From: a virus
Reading direction: 5' to 3' (one strand)
Virus record (IMG/VR): IMGVR_UViG_3300020473_000023
Span: 32,001-96,000 of that record
DNA: 64,000 nucleotides
Shown here piece by piece: positions 57,288-64,000 of this stretch; within the stretch, counting starts at the first letter, position 1, and every line of letters starts with the position of its first letter. The notes below the pieces were generated by a model. It was not told the DNA's origin. It saw nothing but the letters and a program-made list of their open reading frames with translations, and did not search any database. Position numbers and translations under genes: made by a program.

Positions 57288-58254
57288 TACTACGTTTTCC
57301 AATGTTCCTCATTGATAGAAAAAGGTGATCGATGTCAAGATTTTGAATTCCATTCTTTATCATCATCCTGATTAGTGATATTTTATTTGGTGCGGGGCTA
57401 AAAGTATCAATTGAACTTTCAATCTTTTTAATTTGTTCGGGAGATAGGTTTGAAGTATCTAAGTAAGTCAATTTCCAGTTGGTTCTAATTAGGTTCTCAC
57501 TATCAGCTATTTCTTTAAAAATCTTAGGTGATCTCTTCTCTTGGGCTCTTTCTTTAGCCTCTGATATTATGTCTAATATTGTGCAGTCGTCCTCTGATGA
57601 TAGCACTGGAAATCTTTTTGATATGGTCTTAAACCCAGCCCCCTTTACACCCTTTATATTGTCAGAGGGATCGCCGCATATGGATTTTGCTAAGCAAAAA
57701 TTATTTGGGCTTATTCCAAACTTTCCTACAACCTCTCTCTTGTTGACAAATTTTTTCCATGTAGGAGAGTAAATGACTGTCTTGTCATCTAGAAGCTGGT
57801 AGTAATCTCTATCAGAAGAGATAATCACCTTTTTATCATTTCTAAATTTGTACCTAGAAAGATATCCTATAACATCATCTGCCTCACAGCTGTCAACATA
57901 AACTTGAATTACAGGTAGCTTTTTTAATGAACTTATCAAGAAAGAAACTTGATCATTTCTATTCTCAATTGTGTTGGGAATATCTTCATCTTCATAAAAT
58001 CGATTTAGCTTTTGAGGCCTTCTTCTCATCTTATAGGCAGGAAGAACATCCCTTCTCTTTTTAGACCCGCCACCTTCCCATACTACGACAACAGACGTGG
58101 GAGACATTTCAAGACATATCTTTTTTAGGCCGTTTAAAAATCCAACTATGCCCCCTACGTGGTAGCCTTGATCGCTCATTGCTGGATGAGCAACATAGTG
58201 ACGCATAAAAAGATTAAATGCATCAACTAAGACTACAGGTCTTATCTTGTTCAA
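57277..58254 (-). CDS. 5'-3' exonuclease/flap endonuclease (T4 RNase H-like)
   Basis: VDAFN, YK..R, EADD, SSDRD, GD.SDNI.GV.G.G.KT. Confidence 0.92.
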   Translation of the reverse strand: MNKIRPVVLVDAFNLFMRHYVAHPAMSDQGYHVGGIVGFLNGLKKICLEMSPTSVVVVWEGGGSKKRRDVLPAYKMRRRPQKLNRFYEDEDIPNTIENRNDQVSFLISSLKKLPVIQVYVDSCEADDVIGYLSRYKFRNDKKVIISSDRDYYQLLDDKTVIYSPTWKKFVNKREVVGKFGISPNNFCLAKSICGDPSDNIKGVKGAGFKTISKRFPVLSSEDDCTILDIISEAKERAQEKRSPKIFKEIADSENLIRTNWKLTYLDTSNLSPEQIKKIESSIDTFSPAPNKISLIRMMIKNGIQNLDIDHLFLSMRNIGKRSNDK

Positions 58255-58260
58255 TTGATC

Positions 58261-59412
58261 TCACTCGATCTCAAGGGCTATAGATCTTACTTCCTCATAT
58301 GACTCAATATCAATATCGGGATCTTCACTAAACTTCTTAACCATTGCTGCTTCTAAAAGATCATCAATATATTTTGAGTATTCTGGATCTTTTAATATCT
58401 CATCAAATTTTGGCTTATGAAACTTCTTTTCAATCATCACTTCCCCTGTTTTAACATTGGTTACAGTAAAACACTTCCATGCACCTGTTCCAGAAATCGT
58501 GACTTCATTCCCGTTAATAACTTCTGGACCATGCTTTCTTAGAATATCAAATACCTGCTCATGCTCTTTGATTCCAACGCCGAAGTGAATTTCAAAATTA
58601 ATCTTTCTGAAGGGTGGGGCAACCTTATTTTTAATAGTCTTAGCAGAGACGTGAATTCCTATAACATCGTCTCCGTCCTTAATTTGCTGACCCGCACCTA
58701 GCTTTATTCTGGTAGACGAGTGAAATGGAATTGCCTTTCCGCCGGGAGTAGTGTCTGGATCTCCATACATGACACCAATCTTGGTTCGGATCTGATTGAG
58801 AATTACAAATAATACATTTTGATTTGCAATGACACCAGTAATCTTACGCATTCCCTTAGAGATGGCTCGTGCTTGGAGCCCGATCGACTCTTTGTCGTAA
58901 TCTCCGAGAAGTTCTGCCTTTGGAGAAGAAGCAGCAACAGAGTCCCATACAATCGTTACAGGGATGTTTTTATCCATCGCCTTTGCCTTCATAATTGTCG
59001 CCTCAGCGATTGAGAGAACCTCCTCTGTGCAATGTGTATCAACATACACAAACCGCTTGGCCACGTCTACTCCAAGCATCTTTAAATTCTCAACAGACGT
59101 AGCGTTCTCTGTGTCAATATACACAACAATGCCTCCCATTCGCTGAGTCGTTCTTGCAATCTGTGTTGCAATGTGGGACTTTCCAATAGAAGGAGGCCCA
59201 AATACCTCTACAATTCTACCCTCTGGAAGGCCTCCATCCCGCCTATTTGAACAGATGTAGTCAAGAAGCTTTGATCCTGTGCTAATCCATCGATTAACAT
59301 GAGTAGGAGATTCATCTTGGCTCAGGTTATATGCTACACGGCTCCCATGCTCCTTATTAAGAGACTTAATTAATTCACTAGTAAAATCAGCTGTCTTTGG
59401 CAAACTATCCAC
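58261..59412 (-). CDS. recA: RecA/UvsX recombinase
   Basis: GGLP.GRIVE, GPPSIGKS, DTE, DSVAA, NQIR.KIGVMYG, GG, KNK.APPF. Confidence 0.95.
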   Translation of the reverse strand: MDSLPKTADFTSELIKSLNKEHGSRVAYNLSQDESPTHVNRWISTGSKLLDYICSNRRDGGLPEGRIVEVFGPPSIGKSHIATQIARTTQRMGGIVVYIDTENATSVENLKMLGVDVAKRFVYVDTHCTEEVLSIAEATIMKAKAMDKNIPVTIVWDSVAASSPKAELLGDYDKESIGLQARAISKGMRKITGVIANQNVLFVILNQIRTKIGVMYGDPDTTPGGKAIPFHSSTRIKLGAGQQIKDGDDVIGIHVSAKTIKNKVAPPFRKINFEIHFGVGIKEHEQVFDILRKHGPEVINGNEVTISGTGAWKCFTVTNVKTGEVMIEKKFHKPKFDEILKDPEYSKYIDDLLEAAMVKKFSEDPDIDIESYEEVRSIALEIE

Positions 59413-59423
59413 CCTTCATATCT

Positions 59424-59457
59424 AAAAAAGAGTGAGGGAGGGGAAACTCCCTCACCC
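59424..59457 (-). terminator. Rho-independent terminator between ssb and recA
   Basis: GGGTGAGGGAG-TTTCCC-CTCCCTCACTC then T6. Confidence 0.8.
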
Positions 59458-59466
59458 AATATTCAA

Positions 59467-60258
59467 CTATTCCATCAAATCTGCAAAAGCATCATCAAGA
59501 GACTTATAGCCAGACCCATCAGAGGTAGAGCTTGTACTTTCAGATGTGCTGGTTCCAGTATTTGAAGATCCGCCCATGGAGGTCCCCATAGAGTCATCAT
59601 CTGTATCTGAGTTTAGCCAGTCATTGATGATCTTGGTAAGCTCGTCATGCGACTTGCACTCGTACATCTTAGTAGGGTCTGGAATATCTGACATCCACTC
59701 AGAAGCCTGAGACTTGTTTGTAGAAAGAGCAGTCTCCTTTCCTCGGGGTCGAACTGTAGTTGTTGCCCACTTTCTTCCCGCTTCTCGAGTGCAAGTAACC
59801 TTGACGTCTCTTCCTTCAAGTGGGTCTGTAATATCTCCATAATCCTCATCAAGCATAATGTTAAGAAGGGACTGATAAACCATCTTTCCAAATCCCCAGA
59901 TCTGGACGCCTTTTTCCTCTTCTCCTCGAACAATGATGGGTGCATAAACGCGCATCTTTGGATAGAGCTTCTTGGCTAGCTCGTATGATTCACGGGCGTC
60001 ATCCCCTCGAAGCTTTGTAATCAAATCCTGGATAGGGTCTGGATCTCCGAACTGATAGGGGGCCAGAAGGCCGGGATTGTTTCCAATATTATAGTAAAAC
60101 CACAGCTCCTTAAAGGGCTGTCCGTCATTATCTGGAAAAGAAATAAGCCTAATTGTGGAGTCTTCACCCTCAGTAGGTCTCCAAGTTGAAGACTTCTTCC
60201 TTCTATTTCCACTTAGTGCATCGAGCCTTCGCTGTAATGCCTCTCTGTCAAATGCCAT
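59467..60258 (-). CDS. Single-stranded DNA-binding protein (gp32-like)
   Basis: WRP..G...IRL, PF, DYGDITD..EGRD, acidic-aromatic tail LDDAFADL. Confidence 0.85.
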   Translation of the reverse strand: MAFDREALQRRLDALSGNRRKKSSTWRPTEGEDSTIRLISFPDNDGQPFKELWFYYNIGNNPGLLAPYQFGDPDPIQDLITKLRGDDARESYELAKKLYPKMRVYAPIIVRGEEEKGVQIWGFGKMVYQSLLNIMLDEDYGDITDPLEGRDVKVTCTREAGRKWATTTVRPRGKETALSTNKSQASEWMSDIPDPTKMYECKSHDELTKIINDWLNSDTDDDSMGTSMGGSSNTGTSTSESTSSTSDGSGYKSLDDAFADLME

Positions 60259-60302
60259 GTTAACCTCCTAGATTTTTAAACTGGTAAATTGGCAATATAT
60301 TT

Positions 60303-60324
60303 TTGTGATATAATGATATCACAA
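60303..60324. promoter_or_regulatory. Inverted repeat TTGTGATAT-aatg-ATATCACAA in the ssb leader
   Basis: Perfect 9-bp arms just downstream of TGAACA-N16-TATGTT (60329..60356). Confidence 0.55.
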
Positions 60325-60360
60325 TTTAAACATACAGTCAAAAAATAGGTTGTTCAACAA

Positions 60361-62163
60361 TTAATAGCTTTTTACCGGATAGGTCATCCAAGCCTTAGAT
60401 CTCTTACCGCCTCCGAAGCCTCTCTCATTTGCATAGATCGACCTTTCTCGAGCTTGATGGTCGTGATCTATTCCTGCATCAGGGCCAGTTCCAAGGGGAG
60501 TTACAGGTCCACCTCCACCTGCTGCTGCACCGCTTGCCTCTTCTACCTCATCGTCATCTTTTTTTTTTAATTTCTTTGAATCATCTTTTGCATCAAGAAT
60601 TTTCTTCGCCTCCTCGCGAATAATTCTTCTAAGCGCCTGCTCCTCAAGACTTCCGGGAATTGTCCTCACGGGCCTGGCAGAATAAGCCGAATAGCCGTCG
60701 TCTCCCTTGTAGGAGACAATATATTCATCTGATATATCTTCTCTCTCTTCTTGCTCTTCAGAAGATATGTACTCTTGACCATAAGGTAGGACGTCACTAG
60801 GAAGATATCCTGGACCGCCGTGTCTGCTTGGAAGCTCTTCTGTAACCTCTTCTTCCTTTGCTTCTCTAATCATCTCTCTGATAAAAGTTCTCAATGTTGA
60901 TTCTGACATTCCTAAATTCCTCATTATCATATTATATCTATTCTCAAGAAGCTGAAACCTTGCTTCTGAAATTGGGCAAGCACACCCCTCTGCCTCCGGA
61001 AAGCTCACCTCATCACCTGGCATCACCGGGACAGCCGGCTCTATGCCTCCTTCAGCATCAGGATTGTCTGCTTCTAGATCGGGCTCATCTTCCTCTATTT
61101 CTGCCCTTGCTTCATCAGAAATCGGCAACTCTTCAACGATACAAAGTGAAGTATCTCCATCCAGTGCAGTGTATAGAGAGCCTAGCCTTGAAAGTGAAAG
61201 AGAGGGCATTTGCCTAACAGCAGAAAAAACCGGACCAAACCCAGACTCTAGTCGACTCATCGCCTCTCCAAACTTTGGAGAGACTGATTCAATATTCTGT
61301 GACACCTCTAATGCTCCAGAAAGCATCTGTGCTAATCTTGAAGATAGGCTAAATATAAGACGCTCTATTGGAAGTGTTCGAACAAAAAATCCAGAAAGTC
61401 CTGAGATGAAATTCACTGCAGGAAGAGTTGCGGGTTCATCGCCGGGTATGGGAATTGCAACTAGTGCAAATACGGAGTCGTATGCTTGAACTATTGTTAC
61501 AATTGCATCTTTAAGGGCAGTTAGGAATTCTCTAAAGCGAGATCTTGACTCGAGTCTGATTGCTGGATCCAGGTTGCAAATATTCTGAATTATCTGGATC
61601 ATCGGTCCATCTGACGGCTCTATCAATGATGATGAAAGGATTTCTGGATCGACACCTATTAAATCACACATCTCTTCAATGGCAACTCTTCCAGCCTCTG
61701 CCTCCCTATCTAGAATCATCTTTCCAAGAAGGAGGTCAACGCCTGGAACCGAAAGCCCGAGGCTTTTTGCTGCATCTTCGACAAATCCTGGTAAAAATCC
61801 CTCCTTCAGCGGGTTAAGTTTTTCCTGTCTTCGTCTAGGTCTCATTCCCAGTGAATAGAGAGGGAGCTTTCCTGTCCTTAAAAAGAAATCATCATCTTCA
61901 AAGTCTTCATCGTCAACCTGGGTTGGAAACATCGGTTCTGCACATGAATCGTCTTCAAACCCCCTGTTGACTCTTCCAATCCCATCGATAGAAGAAAATC
62001 CACTATCAGCGCTCATTGAAGGTTGACCTGATGATCCTGTATATTTGTATCTTCGAGGTCTTCCAAGATATTGAGATCCGTCAGATGTAGCAGAGGGTCC
62101 TGATGGAACCTTTATTCCGTGACTAGAATAGTACCCAGTCTTACTCTCGCCATTATCTTTCAC
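60361..62163 (-). CDS. Large acidic hypothetical protein with internal leader-like helices
   Basis: SESTLRTFIREMIREA, EEQALRRIIREEA. Upstream ATATTTAT (62168..62175). Confidence 0.65.
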   Translation of the reverse strand: MKDNGESKTGYYSSHGIKVPSGPSATSDGSQYLGRPRRYKYTGSSGQPSMSADSGFSSIDGIGRVNRGFEDDSCAEPMFPTQVDDEDFEDDDFFLRTGKLPLYSLGMRPRRRQEKLNPLKEGFLPGFVEDAAKSLGLSVPGVDLLLGKMILDREAEAGRVAIEEMCDLIGVDPEILSSSLIEPSDGPMIQIIQNICNLDPAIRLESRSRFREFLTALKDAIVTIVQAYDSVFALVAIPIPGDEPATLPAVNFISGLSGFFVRTLPIERLIFSLSSRLAQMLSGALEVSQNIESVSPKFGEAMSRLESGFGPVFSAVRQMPSLSLSRLGSLYTALDGDTSLCIVEELPISDEARAEIEEDEPDLEADNPDAEGGIEPAVPVMPGDEVSFPEAEGCACPISEARFQLLENRYNMIMRNLGMSESTLRTFIREMIREAKEEEVTEELPSRHGGPGYLPSDVLPYGQEYISSEEQEEREDISDEYIVSYKGDDGYSAYSARPVRTIPGSLEEQALRRIIREEAKKILDAKDDSKKLKKKDDDEVEEASGAAAGGGGPVTPLGTGPDAGIDHDHQARERSIYANERGFGGGKRSKAWMTYPVKSY

Positions 62164-62184
62164 ATAGATAAATATTCACAGCAA

Positions 62185-62778
62185 CTAGCTATTGCTAGTC
62201 TTGGATTTGTGAATTACCATAGCTTTAGCACTTTGCAAAGCAAGGGCAAGAGTGGGCTCGTGTCCCACATAGAACCTATTTTCTTCAAAATGACTTCCAG
62301 AAGCTATTTGAATAGCAATCCATTCTTCGGGCTCTAGTGTAATCCCAAACTGCTGTATCAGACAGAGTGATCTGTGAGAGACTGACATTCTACTTAGATT
62401 TTCGTTAAATTTAAACATCTGGCCAAGCTTCTCTCTATGCCAGTCTGAATCTTGCAAGATAAAATAGTCTTGATCTGTGGAGCCTACTTTTCCAATATCA
62501 TGAAGCAACCCGACCCTAAGAATTGAAGAAGTTGACAGCCCAAGATCATGAGACTCGTTTATCTTTCTCATCGTAGAAGTAACGTCGAGAGAGTGCTGAA
62601 TCAACCCTCCGGGAAAGGCTGAATACTGATCAAGTCTTGAGCTAGCTGGGCAGGTAGAAAGTCTTTCTCCCAGAGATTCTAGCATGTGATTTAAATTATG
62701 ATCAGAAAGCCTTCCGCAAAGCTTTTCAAACACACTCCAATTATTTTCAATATTCTCTATAGATGGATTCATAGTCAC
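62185..62778 (-). CDS. HD-domain phosphohydrolase
   Basis: PAS, GGL..HSL.V, LLHDIGK. Confidence 0.82.
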   Translation of the reverse strand: MTMNPSIENIENNWSVFEKLCGRLSDHNLNHMLESLGERLSTCPASSRLDQYSAFPGGLIQHSLDVTSTMRKINESHDLGLSTSSILRVGLLHDIGKVGSTDQDYFILQDSDWHREKLGQMFKFNENLSRMSVSHRSLCLIQQFGITLEPEEWIAIQIASGSHFEENRFYVGHEPTLALALQSAKAMVIHKSKTSNS

Positions 62779-62788
62779 CTCTTATAGA

Positions 62789-62816
62789 ATTATATTTTAG
62801 CAGACAGCAGTGTACA
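62789..62816 (-). promoter_or_regulatory. Class A promoter TGTACA-N16-TATAAT
   Basis: Recurrent motif. Confidence 0.6.
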
Positions 62817-63437
62817 CTAAAGTCTTACTATCATCATCAGTGATTTTTGTGCCCTGTCTTTAAAGCCGCATGGGTTGATTGCGTATCTTTCAGCCGGGTT
62901 TATCTTATTGTCAAGTAAGTTTCTTAGGGCACATGCTATTTGCTGATCAGTTGCAATTCTTTTTTCAGGTTTTTGAAGATAGACAGCAATCTCACCTCGG
63001 CGGATGTCTGTTTCAATCTTTTCAATATCGTTTCTTAGTGGGTGAGATCCACCTGAGACGAGGGAGCTAAGCTGGCCTCCGACAGATTGGACAGACAGTT
63101 GAGACTTTTTAAGAGGCTTTGGTTCTTCTGGAACTTGTAGGGCTTTCAGCTTTCTCTTTTTTGAAACGGGCTTTCTTAGACTTTGATCAGGATTTGCCTC
63201 TATATTATACAGACGCATCAGCCAGTAAGCTGAATCAGGGCTAATTTCATTAAATGACTGACCTTTTGAAAGAATTAATTTACCCTTTTTAGGCTCGAAA
63301 AGATCACTAGAAATAGGCTCATCAGGAGAACCTATGATCTTCTGAATGATGTACCCAAATTGGCCTACATTTCTAATATTTAAAATTTCAATCTCCTCTC
63401 TTATGATCCGAGAAAGATTTTTTCTGCTTATCTTCAT
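62817..63437 (-). CDS. Leader-bearing hypothetical protein
   Basis: MKISRKNLSRIIREEIE. Upstream ATACTTAT (63453..63460). Confidence 0.6.
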   Translation of the reverse strand: MKISRKNLSRIIREEIEILNIRNVGQFGYIIQKIIGSPDEPISSDLFEPKKGKLILSKGQSFNEISPDSAYWLMRLYNIEANPDQSLRKPVSKKRKLKALQVPEEPKPLKKSQLSVQSVGGQLSSLVSGGSHPLRNDIEKIETDIRRGEIAVYLQKPEKRIATDQQIACALRNLLDNKINPAERYAINPCGFKDRAQKSLMMIVRL

Positions 63438-63467
63438 TACGCCCCTCATAGGATAAGTATTTCGAAA

Positions 63468-64000
63468 CTATGCTATGATCTCAGTCGCAACGGGGAAAGA
63501 TCCATCAATTCCCGGGATAGAGAGTGGGTTTGAGATAATCTTTAAAAATTCTCTCATGCTTGAATCTGGAACATCAACAATTACAGCATCGTGAATAACG
63601 AAGACAGGATCTATATCTAGCCCCCGGTCTGAAAAGTCATCCATTAGTTTTGAAAAACCTAAAAGTGCCCCATCAGCTGCAGTTGACTGAATAAATCTAT
63701 TTACTAAAATATGTTTGGGAGCATTTTCAACTGATAGTTGTCGACCATAGTGATTTTTAACTGTCTGATCTTTCTCTGCTTCTTTTTTTAATCTTCCCTC
63801 GAGGGCACTTATTTTAAAATATTTTCTAATTTTTTCAAGAATCTTTTTTGCCTCCGATGGCTCACAATCTCCAATAAGCTTTGCGAGTTTTCTAGGAGAC
63901 ATCCCATATAGAGAGCTGATGGTTGCAATCTTTGCAACATCCCTGTTGACTGAGGACTCTAGGGCGTTGGATCTTACTATTTCATAGACATCACTGCAAG
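63468..64000 (-). CDS. Degenerate family-A DNA polymerase domain (5'-truncated by the window edge)
   Basis: Frame open to the edge: RDVAKIATISSLYG (motif B), YGR, N..IQSTAAD, VIHDA (motif C). Confidence 0.75.
   Translation of the reverse strand, partial: CSDVYEIVRSNALESSVNRDVAKIATISSLYGMSPRKLAKLIGDCEPSEAKKILEKIRKYFKISALEGRLKKEAEKDQTVKNHYGRQLSVENAPKHILVNRFIQSTAADGALLGFSKLMDDFSDRGLDIDPVFVIHDAVIVDVPDSSMREFLKIISNPLSIPGIDGSFPVATEIIA

Noticed and set aside
29569-59412. Inteins or introns in dnaE, nrdJ, helicase or recA
   Set aside because: The ORFs are continuous and of ordinary length, with no C...HN splice motifs or homing endonuclease motifs seen
60304-60323. CRP site (TGTGA...TCACA)
   Set aside because: The spacer is 10 nt, not the 6 nt CRP requires
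19-63070. Numerous short plus-strand and nested ORFs in the track
   Set aside because: Antisense or alternate-frame shadows of well-supported minus-strand genes, with no motifs or SDs
1-64000. Bacterial chromosome or eukaryotic giant virus origin
   Set aside because: gp32-like SSB, gp41-like helicase, fibre proteins, endolysin, SD sequences and sigma70, with no cellular operon context, fit a large bacteriophage

Overview
A 64 kb segment of a large (jumbo/huge) tailed dsDNA bacteriophage genome. Genes are densely packed and, with one exception (38502..39161), on the minus strand. It encodes replication and recombination proteins (DnaE, a degenerate family-A polymerase fragment, gp41/DnaB-like helicase, gp32-like SSB, RecA, 5'-3' exonuclease) and many nucleotide enzymes (class II RNR, TK, dCMP deaminase, a divergent ThyX, a kinase fused to a TS/dCMP-hydroxymethylase-like domain, MazG/dUTPase-like and HAD hydrolases, an NDT-family glycosidase). 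It also encodes two DNA glycosylases (Fpg/Nei, MBD4-like), chaperones and a protease (GroEL, DnaJ, a second J-like protein, ClpP), a sigma70-family factor, an amidase, G/S/T-rich virion proteins and many acidic hypothetical proteins. Main observations: (1) a likely modified-cytosine pathway built around a kinase::TS-like fusion with Asp at the dCMP-specificity position; (2) a sigma factor that stops before region 4.2, followed by a separate HTH gene, plus a promoter class TGWAMW-N16-TAYAAT; (3) an amphipathic 'LRxxIRE...LxE' leader shared by many unrelated proteins, several preceded by a second promoter motif ATAYTTAT, suggesting protease-processed capsid cargo; (4) an Fpg/Nei gene with an apparent ATT start. 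No rRNA, tRNA or CRISPR array was recognised. All family calls come from visual motif recognition, not database searches.
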